Shown in pieces: positions 53,629 to 64,000 of a stretch of DNA of 64,000 bases. Every line of letters starts with the position of its first letter. Positions within the stretch are counted from its first letter, which is position 1. The stretch comes from Candidatus Krumholzibacteriota bacterium. Its GTDB lineage: Bacteria; Krumholzibacteriota; Krumholzibacteriia; JAJRXK01. The stretch covers positions 256,001 through 320,000 of the forward strand of contig CAVSGG010000005.1 in the NCBI GenBank assembly GCA_963727455.1, in the 5' to 3' direction. The notes under the pieces are model-generated. The model made no database searches. It was not told where the DNA came from and saw nothing but the letters and a program-made list of their open reading frames with translations. The translations under genes and the position numbers were made by a program.

Positions 53629-55029
53629 ATGGCGAGCTATCGCAAGGAACGAGATTCGATGGGCGAGATGCAGGTACCCAGCTGGGCACTTTGGGGGGCT
53701 AGCACCCAACGCGCCGTCGAGAATTTTCCCATCTCGGGCCGGCCGGTACCGGCCGAGATCATTCACGCTTTCGGTCATTTGAAAGCCGCCTGCGCGGAGG
53801 CGAATCTCAGCCTGGGGAAGATCTCTCAGGCCAAGGCGAAGGCCATCATCCGTTCGGCCAACGAGCTGGCCAAGGGCGCGCTCGACGAGCACTTCCCCGT
53901 CGACATCTTCCAGACCGGTTCGGGAACTTCCACCAACATGAACGCCAACGAGGTCATCGCGAACCATGCCGCCAAGCTCAAGGGCAAGCCGGTGGGAGCG
54001 AAGGATCCACTACATCCCAACGACCACGTGAACATGGGGCAGAGCTCCAACGACACCTTTCCCACCGCCCTGCACGTGGCGGTCGCGATCGAGATGCAAC
54101 AGCAGCTGCGCCCAGCCATGCTGAAGATGCAGCGCGAGCTGAACAAGAAGGCGCGCAAGTGGGACCGCGTCACCAAGATCGGCCGCACCCATCTCATGGA
54201 CGCCACTCCGATCCGCGTGGGTCAGGTCTTCTCCGGTTACGCCTCGCAGATCGAGCACGGCATCCGGCGCATCGATCGCGCCCTGGAAGGTCTCTCCGAG
54301 CTCGCCATCGGTGGCACCGCGGTGGGCACCGGCATCAACACCCATCCTCGTTTCGCGGGCAAAGTCTGTAAGGAGCTGAGCCGGCGCACCAAGGTGAAGT
54401 TCCAGGAGGCAGAGAACCATCGCGAAGCTCAGGCTGCCAAGGACGCCATCGTGGATGCTTCCGGCGCGCTCAAGACCATAGCGGTGAGCCTCTCCAAGAT
54501 TGCCAACGACATCCGCTGGCTGGGAAGTGGCCCGCGCTGTGGCATCGGCGAGTTGCAGCTTCCCGCCACGCAACCGGGTTCGTCCATCATGCCCGGCAAG
54601 GTGAATCCGGTCATGTGCGAGAGCATGGTGCAAGTCGCGGCACGCGTGGTGGGCAACGACGCCGTCATCACCTACGCCGGCTTCGGTGGGGTGGGATCCA
54701 TCCTCGAGCTCAACGTGGCCATGCCGCTCATGGCGGACGCGATCCTGGAGAACATCCGCATCTTGAGCCACGTTCTCGATGCCTTCGTGGACAAGCTGCT
54801 GGTGGACCTCGAGGTCGATCGCAAGCGCATCAAGGGGCTGCTGGAGCAATCGCTGATGGTGGTAACCAGCCTGGCCCCGGCCATCGGCTACGACACCGCC
54901 TCCAAGCTGGCCAAGCGCGCGCTGAAGGAGGGGAAGACGATCCGCGAGGTGGCGCTGGAGGAGAAGGTGCTCGACGCCAAGGAGCTGAACGTCCTGCTCG
55001 ATCCGGCCCGCATGACCGAGCCGCACTGA
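53629..55029 (+). CDS. fumC: Class II fumarate hydratase
   Basis: DSMG, QTGSGTSTNMNANEV, KIGRTHLMDA, GSSIMPGKVNP. Start at MASYRK (53629). Confidence 0.96.
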   Translation: MASYRKERDSMGEMQVPSWALWGASTQRAVENFPISGRPVPAEIIHAFGHLKAACAEANLSLGKISQAKAKAIIRSANELAKGALDEHFPVDIFQTGSGTSTNMNANEVIANHAAKLKGKPVGAKDPLHPNDHVNMGQSSNDTFPTALHVAVAIEMQQQLRPAMLKMQRELNKKARKWDRVTKIGRTHLMDATPIRVGQVFSGYASQIEHGIRRIDRALEGLSELAIGGTAVGTGINTHPRFAGKVCKELSRRTKVKFQEAENHREAQAAKDAIVDASGALKTIAVSLSKIANDIRWLGSGPRCGIGELQLPATQPGSSIMPGKVNPVMCESMVQVAARVVGNDAVITYAGFGGVGSILELNVAMPLMADAILENIRILSHVLDAFVDKLLVDLEVDRKRIKGLLEQSLMVVTSLAPAIGYDTASKLAKRALKEGKTIREVALEEKVLDAKELNVLLDPARMTEPH

Positions 55030-55092
55030 GGGCGCGCGACCGCGCAGTTCGCTACTAGGCCGGACTACACCGCGACACGATAGCCGCGCAGC

Positions 55093-56457
55093 TCAACGCG
55101 AGGGCAGTCTCGACCCGACCATGGCCCGGGCCCGGGCCGGGCCTGCCTTCGCGATCCACGCGACCAGTGTGATCGCTACCAGCGCGAGTCCCAAGGCCAA
55201 GCCCCACCAGATTCCTGCCAACTGCCAGTCGGTGCGCAGGCCCAGCCAATAGGCCAAGGGCAAAGCGAGGGCGTAGTAACCCCCGAGATTGATGAGGGCG
55301 GCCGGCAGCGTGCTTCCCATCCCGCGCAGGACTCCACCGCCGGTGACCTGGGTGCCGTCGAAGAGCTGGAAGGCGGCGGCGATGGGGAGGATGGAGGATG
55401 CCAGCTCCACCACCTCTGCGTTCTTGGTGTAGAGCAGGGGGAGCAGGTGTCGGGTGGAAACGATGACGAGAGCGGAGAGCGCCATCACGCCGGCGCCCAT
55501 TCCCACCGCCAGCCAGGCGCTCTGCTGCGCGCCGCGCGGATTGCCCTGGCCAATTCTCTGCCCCACCCGCGTCACCGCGGCCAGCGCGATGCCCAAAGGC
55601 ACCATGAAGGTGAGCGAGGCCAGGTTCAAGACGATGGTGTGCGCGGCCAGCGCCACTTCCCCCAGCCTTCCGGCCATCAAGGTGCAGATCTGAAACGCCC
55701 ACACTTCCAAGCTGAGTTGCAAGCCCACCGGAAGGCCCAGCACCAGAAGCTGCCTAAGACCGGCCAGCTCGAAGCAGTGCCGGCTCAGAGGGACCCACGC
55801 CCCGCGGTGCAGGCGCCAGCGCGCGATGAGAAAGAGCAGCATGCCGCACATCAGGACCCGCGAAAGGCCGGTGGCCATCCCGGCTCCACGCAGCCCCAGA
55901 GCCGGCACGCCGAGATGCCCAAAGATCAGAATCCAGTTGAAGGAAGCATTGAAAACATTTGCAACTAAAGCAACTAAGAGGGCAGGTCGTACGATCCCGC
56001 GGCCCTGCAAGTACTGGCGCAGGGCGGTGTAGACCAGAAAGAAGGCCACCGTGGGAATTTGGACCCGGGTGTAGATGGCGGCCTGGGCGGCCAGCTGAGG
56101 TTCCTGCCCCAAGAGCCGCAGCGCCGGACCGGTGAAGCCCCACAAGACGCTGATGGGAATGCTGATGAGCAGGGCGAGAAGGATGCCGCGCTGCAGGGTG
56201 AGTCCCAGCAGTTGACGATCGTGCGCGCCGGACGCCTGGGTGATCAGCGGGTCCATGCCGATGACGGCACCCATGGCGAAGATGAGGGTGCCGAAGGTCC
56301 ACAGATGTCCCAGGGCCGCGGCGCCCAGAGCTTCCACGCTCAGGTGCCCCACCATGAGCGTATCCACCACGCCCAGCATCATCGTCGCGACCTGGGTGAC
56401 GATGACGGGAACGGCCAGATTCCACAGCCGTCTGCTTTCTGCCATGCGGCCGCTCAT
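55093..56457 (-). CDS. MATE family efflux transporter
   Basis: VDTLMVG, LIFGHLGVPALG..GAG.AT, FDGTQ..GGVLRG, about 12 TM segments. Confidence 0.93.
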   Translation of the reverse strand: MSGRMAESRRLWNLAVPVIVTQVATMMLGVVDTLMVGHLSVEALGAAALGHLWTFGTLIFAMGAVIGMDPLITQASGAHDRQLLGLTLQRGILLALLISIPISVLWGFTGPALRLLGQEPQLAAQAAIYTRVQIPTVAFFLVYTALRQYLQGRGIVRPALLVALVANVFNASFNWILIFGHLGVPALGLRGAGMATGLSRVLMCGMLLFLIARWRLHRGAWVPLSRHCFELAGLRQLLVLGLPVGLQLSLEVWAFQICTLMAGRLGEVALAAHTIVLNLASLTFMVPLGIALAAVTRVGQRIGQGNPRGAQQSAWLAVGMGAGVMALSALVIVSTRHLLPLLYTKNAEVVELASSILPIAAAFQLFDGTQVTGGGVLRGMGSTLPAALINLGGYYALALPLAYWLGLRTDWQLAGIWWGLALGLALVAITLVAWIAKAGPARARAMVGSRLPSR

Positions 56458-58412
56458 GATTCATTCCTTCGCGCGGTTTTCAGAAGCCAAGCTCCACAGG
56501 CCAAGAGTACGAGTGAGAATGACCAGGCCAGCGCACCATCGAGAGCAAAGGCTGCCTCGTGGTGCTCGAGCCAGATCCCTCCCAGCAGCAAGCTGCCGTT
56601 GTAACAGAGGTGGAGGAGCATGGCCGGCACGATCGATCCTGAACGCACCACGAGCAGAGCGAGCACGACGCCCAGCGCGGCAGTCGGCACGAAACGGAAG
56701 ATGCTCAAGTGGATGAGTCCGAAGAACACCGCGGTCGTCAGCACGGCCCAATGCGTGCTCCCCACGCGCCGCAATAGTCCGAGAAACGCGCCGCGAAATA
56801 CGAGCTCCTCGAAAATGGCGGGGGAGAGCGCGCCCACCACGAAAATCTTCCACGGCGCGAGTCCGGCAAACACACCCTGCATTTCCTGACCGAGCGAGCG
56901 TGGGGTGGGCAGGATGTGAGACTGCAGAGGCATCCAGCCGCCCATGATGGGAAGCAAGAGTCCCCAGGCAAGCATCGGGGCCGCCAGCCAGAACCGCGAC
57001 GGCGGGCGACGAAGCGAGAGCAACTGGGCGAGCTTTCCCCCGTTGCGGCCCAGCCAGAGAGAAAACGCGCCCAGGAGCGGCAACAGCAACCATAAACTCA
57101 CGAGGACGCCGTTCACCCGGTAGCGCGATTGCAGCAGGGAGCCGCAGTAGAAATAGCCCAGCACGGAAAGAGACATCGCCAGCAGTGCGGCGCGCCGACG
57201 GCCGCTCAGACTCTTGGCCAGAAAGGGCTCGGGATCGAAACCCAGAACCATTTCCTCGCGTCGCAGTTGCCGCGCTACCCAGCGCAGCACCACCGCGCTC
57301 CAGAGGAAGCTGGCCACACTGACTTCGAGAATGCTGATGGCGTGGATTTGCCCCGCCAGCAGATCCCGCATGGCAAAGGCCACGTTCACCACCGGGATCA
57401 TCGCAACGCTCGTGTTGAGTTGAATGGCCTGACTGGCGCTCAAAAGGCCCGCACCGAAGCAGAGCACCATGGTGGGAAGCACCAGCTGCTGTGCCTCCTT
57501 GAGACTACGCGCGAAACTCGAGATGGCCAGCAGGATGCCCCCCAGGAGGAAGGCAAGGGGCACCACCAGGGCCGCCGCGCTGAGGAGGGTACCCAGGCCC
57601 AGCGCCGTGGGTTGGGTCTGCGCGGAACTGTTCATGAGTCCAGCCGAGAAGCAAGCCGCAATGCTGAGCAGGCTGAGGATGCCCGAGATACTGGTCCCGG
57701 CCACAACGACCACAACCTTGGCCAGGGCGATTTCCTCCCGCGGTACCGGCGCCAGGTAGAGAGTCTCCAGAGTGCCCCGCTCCTTCTCGCCGGCCACGAG
57801 GTCACTCGCGAGCGCCGCGCCACTGACGAAGAGGGTCATGAGCAGCATGTAGACGATCATGCGTCCCGCGCGTGCGCCAGCTGCTTCGCTGCCGGTGGCA
57901 GCATCCAGGGTCGAAATGGAACTCAGCGAATTCAGATCGCCTTCTCCCCCATGAGCCGCGTAGCGTCGCTGTCTCTCCCGATCCCTTAGCTCCTTCAGGT
58001 CACTGCGCACTCGACCCACAGCGCTCCGGCTGCGCTCGAAGGTGCTTCGGTAACGCAGCTTGATGGTCGCCCCGCTGTCCGCTCCCGCGGTGCTAACACC
58101 CTGCGGGGCGTCCACCACGAGGTCGACTTCTCCTCGAGCCAGCGCGCTCTGCAACGAATCCGGGGGGGAGATCAGGACGAGATTGCTGTCGGCCGAGAGC
58201 GCTTCGTGCAGAAGCGTCGAGCCGCTTTGCAACACGACCCGGCTGACGACCCGTTGCTCGCTGGCCGCGTGCTGCCGTTGCAGGCTCGAGGACACCAGGA
58301 AGAGGAGGGGATAGAGGAAGACGGGCAAAAACACCCCGAAGAGCAACGCTCTCTTGTCAGCGCGGAGTTCGAGGAACTCCTTTCGTACCAGCACCGGCCA
58401 AACTCGTTTCAC
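56454..58412 (-). CDS. NatB-like ABC-2 permease fused to a CPBP/CAAX (Abi) intramembrane metalloprotease
   Basis: AGEKERGTLETL, FARSLKEAQ. C-terminal FEELVFRG, FFGLIH and HLCYN motifs. Start GTG 58412 overlaps the ATPase stop. Confidence 0.9.
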   Translation of the reverse strand: MKRVWPVLVRKEFLELRADKRALLFGVFLPVFLYPLLFLVSSSLQRQHAASEQRVVSRVVLQSGSTLLHEALSADSNLVLISPPDSLQSALARGEVDLVVDAPQGVSTAGADSGATIKLRYRSTFERSRSAVGRVRSDLKELRDRERQRRYAAHGGEGDLNSLSSISTLDAATGSEAAGARAGRMIVYMLLMTLFVSGAALASDLVAGEKERGTLETLYLAPVPREEIALAKVVVVVAGTSISGILSLLSIAACFSAGLMNSSAQTQPTALGLGTLLSAAALVVPLAFLLGGILLAISSFARSLKEAQQLVLPTMVLCFGAGLLSASQAIQLNTSVAMIPVVNVAFAMRDLLAGQIHAISILEVSVASFLWSAVVLRWVARQLRREEMVLGFDPEPFLAKSLSGRRRAALLAMSLSVLGYFYCGSLLQSRYRVNGVLVSLWLLLPLLGAFSLWLGRNGGKLAQLLSLRRPPSRFWLAAPMLAWGLLLPIMGGWMPLQSHILPTPRSLGQEMQGVFAGLAPWKIFVVGALSPAIFEELVFRGAFLGLLRRVGSTHWAVLTTAVFFGLIHLSIFRFVPTAALGVVLALLVVRSGSIVPAMLLHLCYNGSLLLGGIWLEHHEAAFALDGALAWSFSLVLLACGAWLLKTARRNES

Positions 58413-59167
58413 GCCGCATCCTCTTGTTGCACGATCTGCCGGAAGATGGTTTGAAGGTCCTGTTCCCCGGTCGCGCTGCGGAGTTCCTCGAGGGTCCCCA
58501 TGGCCTGGATCTTCCCCTGATGGAGAATGCCAATGCGGTCGCAGAGGCTCTCCGCCTCGCTCATGATGTGCGTCGAGAAGAGCACGCATTTCCCCTCGTT
58601 TTTCGCGCCTACGATGAACTCCAGTGTGGTGGAGGAGGCGAGCACGTCGAGTCCACTGGTGGGTTCGTCGAGGATGAGAACCGGAGGATCGTGGACGACG
58701 GTGCGGGCGATGTTGACCTTCTGTTTCATCCCGGTGGAGAGCTTCTCGCAGCGCTGATCGGCGTAGCGGTCGACGCCGAAGGCCGCGAGAACCTCATGTA
58801 CGCGCGCGCTGAGCGCCTTCCCGTTCAGCCCATGCAGTTCGCCAAAGAGTGTGATCATCTCCTGCGCGGTCAGGCGGTGGTAGAGACCGGTGGTTCCCGA
58901 GAGGAAGCCGATGGAACGCCGCACCTCCTGTGCATCGCGCGCGATGTCATACCCGTTGACTTGCGCGCTGCCCCGGGTGGGGGTGAGAGCGGTCGAGAGC
59001 ATCCGTAGAGTCGTCGTCTTGCCTGCTCCGTTGAGCCCGAGAAGCCCGAAGATTTCGCCGGCGCGGCATTCGAAACTGACTCCGTCCACCGCGCGCACCC
59101 CTTCGCCGCCGCGGTGGTCCGGATAGATCTTCACCAACTCCTGGGTCTCGATCAGCGTTGGATTCAC
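58409..59167 (-). CDS. NatA-like ABC transporter ATP-binding protein
   Basis: [31 protein letters not shown]. Confidence 0.95.
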   Translation of the reverse strand: MNPTLIETQELVKIYPDHRGGEGVRAVDGVSFECRAGEIFGLLGLNGAGKTTTLRMLSTALTPTRGSAQVNGYDIARDAQEVRRSIGFLSGTTGLYHRLTAQEMITLFGELHGLNGKALSARVHEVLAAFGVDRYADQRCEKLSTGMKQKVNIARTVVHDPPVLILDEPTSGLDVLASSTTLEFIVGAKNEGKCVLFSTHIMSEAESLCDRIGILHQGKIQAMGTLEELRSATGEQDLQTIFRQIVQQEDAA

Positions 59168-60420
59168 CGATTCCTCCTTTGACCACGCAACAGGCGCCGC
59201 AGCGTGAGACCGGGATCGAACAGAATCTCCTCGCGGCGGCCGATGCGTGCGGCGTAAGCGAGGAACAACGCCGTCAAGATCGCGAGCGATCCCAAGCTCA
59301 GAAGTGCCATCTGTGGATCGAAGTTGCCGCGAATGGTCTCTCTCAGGAGGGCAGCCACGTTCACCACCGGAATCAGCGCGAACACCGTGCTCAGTTGGTC
59401 GCCCTGGGCGGCGATCACGATCCCGGCCAGAGCGGGAATCAGGTAGAGCGGCATCAGAGCGCTCTGTCCCTCGCGGTAGTTTTTGCTCGGCACGGCCGCG
59501 ATCATCATGGCGGCGGAGAGGAAGGCGGAGGTCAGAAGGGCCACGCCCATGACGAGGAGCGCCTCTCCGAGTCCCAATTGAAGACGGAAGGCAGTTTGCA
59601 GTCCCATCAATTTCAAAGCGAAGGCGAGGAATATGGCGAGGCTCATGAAATTCAGGAGGAAGGAAACGAGGCTCGAGAGAGTGACGAAGAGAAACTTGCC
59701 CAGGAGGATCTGTCCGCGCGTGAGGGGAGAGGTGACCAGAGTCTCCAGCGTTCCGCGTTCGCGCTCTCCCACCACCGTATCCAGAGTGGAGTAGTAAGCG
59801 CCCTGGGGCAGCATGATCACCAGCAGTACGGGGACGAGGAGTGAGAGCACGTAGCTTCCCACCTGTCGTTTGGACGCTGTGTCCTCCGCGGAGATTACCA
59901 AGGGCTCGAGGTCCCCGGTGCTCATCCCCACCGAACGGCCGAGTTCCATTTGTTCCCTTTCGACGTAGTCCTTCAATACTTCACTCAATCGGGCCTTTGC
60001 GCGCGCGGAGCGATCGCGAGAGGAATCGAAGAGCACGATGAAATTCTGCTTCGCCGGATCGCTCTTGCTCAGAACCGCCGCCTCCAGGCGGTCGCTCCCG
60101 CTGGCGGCTCGCAGCTTGCGGAACTGCTGAGGCAAGTTTCCTTGCTCATTGAGCTTCGCGTCCTCGGGGAGCGGGGCAAAGTGCAGGTTCTCGCAAGTCT
60201 GCAACGAATCGCTGAGCTCGGCGGGAAGATTTGCATCGAGATAGACTAGACTACTCTGTTTTTCGGTGACGCCCTGAATGAGCAAGAAAATCTGCCATGC
60301 GGAGAACCCCAAAAAGGGATACAGGAAGAGGGGAATGAGAAACAGGTGCACCACGAGACTGCGGTCGCGGAGCGCTTCTCGCGATTCCTTCTTCAGAATC
60401 CGAAGGGCCTGTTTCATCAT
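59164..60420 (-). CDS. Second NatB-like ABC-2 permease
   Basis: KE.REALRDR, VGERERGTLETL, GKF, IPVVN. Confidence 0.9.
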   Translation of the reverse strand: MMKQALRILKKESREALRDRSLVVHLFLIPLFLYPFLGFSAWQIFLLIQGVTEKQSSLVYLDANLPAELSDSLQTCENLHFAPLPEDAKLNEQGNLPQQFRKLRAASGSDRLEAAVLSKSDPAKQNFIVLFDSSRDRSARAKARLSEVLKDYVEREQMELGRSVGMSTGDLEPLVISAEDTASKRQVGSYVLSLLVPVLLVIMLPQGAYYSTLDTVVGERERGTLETLVTSPLTRGQILLGKFLFVTLSSLVSFLLNFMSLAIFLAFALKLMGLQTAFRLQLGLGEALLVMGVALLTSAFLSAAMMIAAVPSKNYREGQSALMPLYLIPALAGIVIAAQGDQLSTVFALIPVVNVAALLRETIRGNFDPQMALLSLGSLAILTALFLAYAARIGRREEILFDPGLTLRRLLRGQRRNR

Positions 60421-60494
60421 GCTCGGGGGTGGGGCGCCATGAACGCCCATACTCGGGGCCTAGAGGGTCGGGGTCAAGAGCTGCCTCTGCATGC

Positions 60495-61166
60495 TCAGGC
60501 CTCGGCCAGACCTTCCCGGATGGCGAATCGAGCCAATTCTACCCGGTCGTGGATGTTGAGCTTGGCCATGAGCCGCGCGCTGTGATTCTCCACCGTCTTC
60601 ACGCTCAAGTGCATGGTGCGGGCGATTTCTTTCTTGGGCAGACCCTGCGCGATGTAGCGCAGGACTTCGATCTCCCGTTGGGTCAAAAGAGAGACTGCGG
60701 TCTTACCCTTGGCGGCGAGCTCGACTCCGTCATCGTCGACCAAGAGGCGGGCCCGTACCTGTTCGGAAAAATAGGATCCGCCGGATGCCACTTCCCGAAT
60801 GGCTTCGATGAGAACCGAGGGCTCGTCCGATTTCACCACATAGCCGCGCGCTCTGACTCGCAGCGCTTGCTCGATGTAATGGTCGTGAAAGAATGCGCTC
60901 ACGAAGATGATTCGCGGCGGTTCATCGAGCGAGTTGAGCCGGTGTGCGGCATCGAAACAGATCATGCCCGGCATGTCGATGTCCATGAGGATGAGGTCGG
61001 GCCTCAGCTCCGAAACTCGCGTGAACAGATTGTCGGCGCTGGGTAGAGTGTCCACCACTTCGAAACCCTCCTGGCGCGAGAGTTGAGCGGCCAGGGCCTC
61101 GCGCACTAGGGTATGATCGTCCACGATCAAAATCTTGAGTTTGGAGTCAGAAAGCTCGGCGTTCAT
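60495..61166 (-). CDS. NarL/LuxR-family response regulator
   Basis: VDDH, MDIDMP, YVVK, LTQREIEVL, SVKTVENH. Confidence 0.95.
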   Translation of the reverse strand: MNAELSDSKLKILIVDDHTLVREALAAQLSRQEGFEVVDTLPSADNLFTRVSELRPDLILMDIDMPGMICFDAAHRLNSLDEPPRIIFVSAFFHDHYIEQALRVRARGYVVKSDEPSVLIEAIREVASGGSYFSEQVRARLLVDDDGVELAAKGKTAVSLLTQREIEVLRYIAQGLPKKEIARTMHLSVKTVENHSARLMAKLNIHDRVELARFAIREGLAEA

Positions 61167-61915
61167 TAGGACTCGTCTCCATTCTCGAGGCGGCACAACT
61201 CTATTTTTTCCAGCAGCCGAGCGATGGGGAAGGGCTTGTGAATCACGGTCAACATGGGACCCTCTTCGATTTCCGTGAGTTCCTTCGATCCCGTGCTCAT
61301 GAGAATCACGGGGAGGGAGGGAAACTCCGCGCGGATTCTCGCAGCGCCCTTTCCGTTTCCCATGCCGTCGAGGATCGAATCTACCACGAGAACCGGGTGG
61401 CGCGACTCGAACTCAGCACACAAACGCAGTAACTCCCGCAGCTCGGAGGCCACGGTGATTTCGTGACCCGCCGCCTTGAGTCCCGTCAACAGAATGGAAC
61501 GGATAAAGGTATCCGCCACCGCGAAGAGCACCACACCAGCGGTGCCTGGCCCCGTAGCGTCATTCAGGGGTGGGGGGCCGGTGGATGGATCGGAGGACCG
61601 TCTGGGCCTGAGGTCCCCGGCGAGGACAGGGGTAGATCCGAGGCTCTCCCTGGAGCGCAAAACCCCCTCCGAAAACCCCTGGATGGTGCTGGCGGCCGCG
61701 TGCGCCGCCTCGACGGCCTTTGCAATCGCGTCCCTCGCGGGCTCCTCAGCTTCGAGTTGCCCGGAGGCCAGGTCCAGGTAGCCCAGGACCGCAGTGAGCG
61801 CATTGCTCACTTCATGCGTGGTCCGCCGACCCAGACGGATGAGTTCCGTGAAAGCATCCTCGGAAGACTCTTCTCCTTCGGACCATCCATGCTTGTCATC
61901 GCGGGCTGCCGACAT
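61166..61915 (-). CDS. Atypical HisKA + receiver protein lacking an ATPase domain
   Basis: H-box THEVSNALTAVLGY, Pro-rich linker, REC-like domain (VVD, PVILMS, KPF). No N/G1/F/G2 boxes. Confidence 0.7.
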   Translation of the reverse strand: MSAARDDKHGWSEGEESSEDAFTELIRLGRRTTHEVSNALTAVLGYLDLASGQLEAEEPARDAIAKAVEAAHAAASTIQGFSEGVLRSRESLGSTPVLAGDLRPRRSSDPSTGPPPLNDATGPGTAGVVLFAVADTFIRSILLTGLKAAGHEITVASELRELLRLCAEFESRHPVLVVDSILDGMGNGKGAARIRAEFPSLPVILMSTGSKELTEIEEGPMLTVIHKPFPIARLLEKIELCRLENGDES

Positions 61916-61922
61916 GGTTTCC

Positions 61923-63146
61923 TCAGATTGCCTCGAAAACTCTCGTGATGATGGCGAGAGCTTGCTCCAACTCCTCCTCGCTGATGATCAAAGGAGGCGC
62001 GAATCGGATAATATTCCCGTGGGTTTGCTTGGCGAGGAGGCCGTTTTCCTTGAGGGCCACGCAGACGTCCCAAGCTTCGAATCCTTCGTCGAAGACTACC
62101 GCGTTCAGCAAGCCCTTGCCGCGGACGAGTTGAATGCGTGGGCAATCGATGGCGCGCAGTCGCTTCCGCAGCTTCTCGCCGAGCCTTTGGGAACGCTGGT
62201 CGAGATTCTCGCTCTCCAGAACCTCGATTGCAGCCTCACCAACCGCGGCGGCCAGAGGATTTCCACCGAAGGTGGAGCCGTGCGAGCCGGGAGTGAACAC
62301 ACCCAGTACGCTCTTGTCCGCCACGACAGCCGAGACAGGCAGGACGCCGCCGCCGAGGGCCTTGCCCAAACACATCATGTCGGGGCGGACGTTCTCGTGA
62401 TCGCAGGCGAACTTCTTTCCCGTCCGGCAAAATCCGGTCTGAACCTCGTCCGCTATCATCAGGATGCCATGCTCGGTGCAGATCTCCCGGACCGCCGTGA
62501 GATAACCGTCGTCAGGAACGTTGACTCCCGCTTCCCCTTGGATGGGCTCCACCAGAAAGGCCGCAGTATTTTCGTTGATGGCTTCCTCGAGTGCGCGCGC
62601 ATCGTTGTAGGGGATGACGGGGAAACCGGGAGTGAAGGGGCCGAAACCTTCCCGCGCGATCGGATCCGTGGAGAAGGAGATGATACTGATCGTGCGCCCA
62701 TGGAAATTTTCGCGGCAGGAGATGATCTCCTGCTTGCCGTCTTCTATGCCTTTGACTTGGTGGCCCCAGCGGCGCGCGGTCTTCAACGCGGTCTCCACGG
62801 CCTCGGCCCCGGTGTTCATAGGCAAGGCCATCTCATAACCGGTGTAGGCACAGAGGCGCTCGAGAAAGCCGCCCATGCGATCGTTGTGGAACGCACGGCT
62901 CGTGAGGGTGCAGCGCTTCGCCTGCTCCATCAGGGCGGCCATGATGTGCGGGTGTCGATGCCCCTGGTTCAGGGCCGAATAGGCCGAGAGGAAGTCCATG
63001 TAGCGCCGGCCCTCCGGGTCCTCTACCCATACACCCTGGGCGGTCGCGATGACCACGGGTAGCGGGTGATAGTTGTGCGCACCCACTCTCTCGGTGAGTT
63101 CGATGATCGACTCGCTGCTCGTGGTGGCCAGTTTGCTCTCGCTCAT
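61923..63146 (-). CDS. rocD: Ornithine--oxo-acid aminotransferase
   Basis: [55 protein letters not shown]. Start at MSESK (63146). Confidence 0.95.
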   Translation of the reverse strand: MSESKLATTSSESIIELTERVGAHNYHPLPVVIATAQGVWVEDPEGRRYMDFLSAYSALNQGHRHPHIMAALMEQAKRCTLTSRAFHNDRMGGFLERLCAYTGYEMALPMNTGAEAVETALKTARRWGHQVKGIEDGKQEIISCRENFHGRTISIISFSTDPIAREGFGPFTPGFPVIPYNDARALEEAINENTAAFLVEPIQGEAGVNVPDDGYLTAVREICTEHGILMIADEVQTGFCRTGKKFACDHENVRPDMMCLGKALGGGVLPVSAVVADKSVLGVFTPGSHGSTFGGNPLAAAVGEAAIEVLESENLDQRSQRLGEKLRKRLRAIDCPRIQLVRGKGLLNAVVFDEGFEAWDVCVALKENGLLAKQTHGNIIRFAPPLIISEEELEQALAIITRVFEAI

Positions 63147-63280
63147 CTCGGGGACGTCCTTTCCTGGGGTAAGGGCACCTCGCCTGGACGGCGCGGGCCC
63201 CGGCGCGAAGCGGTCGAATGGGCCCATTTTGTGGACAGGCTCTTGACAAGAAGGGCTTCTGAGCCAATCTAGTGCGAACC

Positions 63281-64000
63281 ATGCACCAGGCAAAAAGCAT
63301 ATCGCAAAGCCCCTCCGAAGAGTACCCCTCACAGAGCAAGGGGCAGGCTCGGGGGCTCGCCGAGGCGGCCTCCATTCTTCTCGGTCTACTCCTGCTCTTT
63401 TCGGCCGGGGCCAAGATCGCGGCTCCCAAGTCCTTCCTCGACGTAATTGGCCAGTTCCAAATCCTGCCCCGGGATTTCATCCTGCCGGTGGCGGCCGGGG
63501 TGACGGGGCTGGAACTCTCCCTCGCGTTGCTCTTCTTGACCGGAGCCTTCCGCCGCGTGGCGGCCTGGCTCAACCTCATGCTGATGATGCTCTTCGTGGG
63601 CCTCATGATCGAGGCGATTCGTAGGGGCTTCCAGCAGTGCGGATGTTTTGGGGAGGTTCTTCACCTTGCTCCCCGCCAAGAGATCTGGATCGATGTTCTT
63701 CTGCTCCTTCTCACTTTGGTGGTGATTTGGCGCGGGCAGAACCGCTCCTGGGGAAGCGCGGCACTTCGCCACACCCTGGCCTGGGGCGCGCTCTGCTTGG
63801 GTGCGTTCTTTTTCCTCTTGGGAGGGCCCGTTCCCGCTTCCACCGGGCAGTACGAGGTCGACCCCACTGCGCTCAAGGCTCTCGAAGGCGCCGAGCCCCC
63901 GATTGAGATCCCGCAGAACGGGATGATCTTCCTCTTCTCAGCCGATTGTGACCACTGCTGGGCATTCGCGGGGGGGGTGCAGATGACCGCGGACAAACTG
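63281..64000 (+). CDS. MauE/DoxX-family membrane protein fused to a thioredoxin-like CxxC domain (runs off the window)
   Basis: My own translation (not in the track): ...LFSAGAK...GLELSLA...QCGCFG...[11 protein letters not shown]. The frame stays open to the window end. Confidence 0.8.
   Translation, partial: MHQAKSISQSPSEEYPSQSKGQARGLAEAASILLGLLLLFSAGAKIAAPKSFLDVIGQFQILPRDFILPVAAGVTGLELSLALLFLTGAFRRVAAWLNLMLMMLFVGLMIEAIRRGFQQCGCFGEVLHLAPRQEIWIDVLLLLLTLVVIWRGQNRSWGSAALRHTLAWGALCLGAFFFLLGGPVPASTGQYEVDPTALKALEGAEPPIEIPQNGMIFLFSADCDHCWAFAGGVQMTADKL

Overview
This is a high-GC bacterial chromosomal window. Two very large secreted proteins ending in a PNPFNP/FlgD-Ig sorting domain suggest an FCB-group lineage such as Krumholzibacteria, Eisenbacteria or Latescibacteria (inference only). 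Housekeeping genes: valS-rodZ-uvrB-nadC-birA-coaX, groES-groEL with two degenerate CIRCE elements, fumC, rocD and yigZ. Accessory content: (i) a PAS sigma54 activator upstream of an MMPL::LolA-like fusion, an outer-membrane barrel and a YgaP-type gene, with a clear -24/-12 promoter and palindromic enhancer; (ii) M1, M28-PDZ, M16 and M36/M4 peptidases; (iii) a sigma54-driven operon of two DUF4402-like pilins, a chaperone and an atypical usher behind a structured leader; (iv) a PDZ-TM-GAF-PP2C sensor phosphatase; (v) an ECF sigma/Ser-Thr kinase pair convergent with a ~2350-aa modular secreted zincin; (vi) NatAB-like ABC/CPBP/MATE exporters with a LuxR regulator and a kinase-less HisKA-REC protein. 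The most novel-looking element is an unannotated transcription unit at about 23171-23415 on the minus strand. It has a near-consensus sigma54 promoter, a hairpin leader, an RBS, a 22-aa hydrophobic ORF (MHLATIASLFILGIDIFWWLRK) and a terminator. Many genes at 16.6-30.3 kb, plus sites at 10.3 and 48.1 kb, carry indels that most likely are long-read errors. I saw no rRNA, tRNA, CRISPR array or transposase. All family calls come from motif recognition by eye, not database searches.
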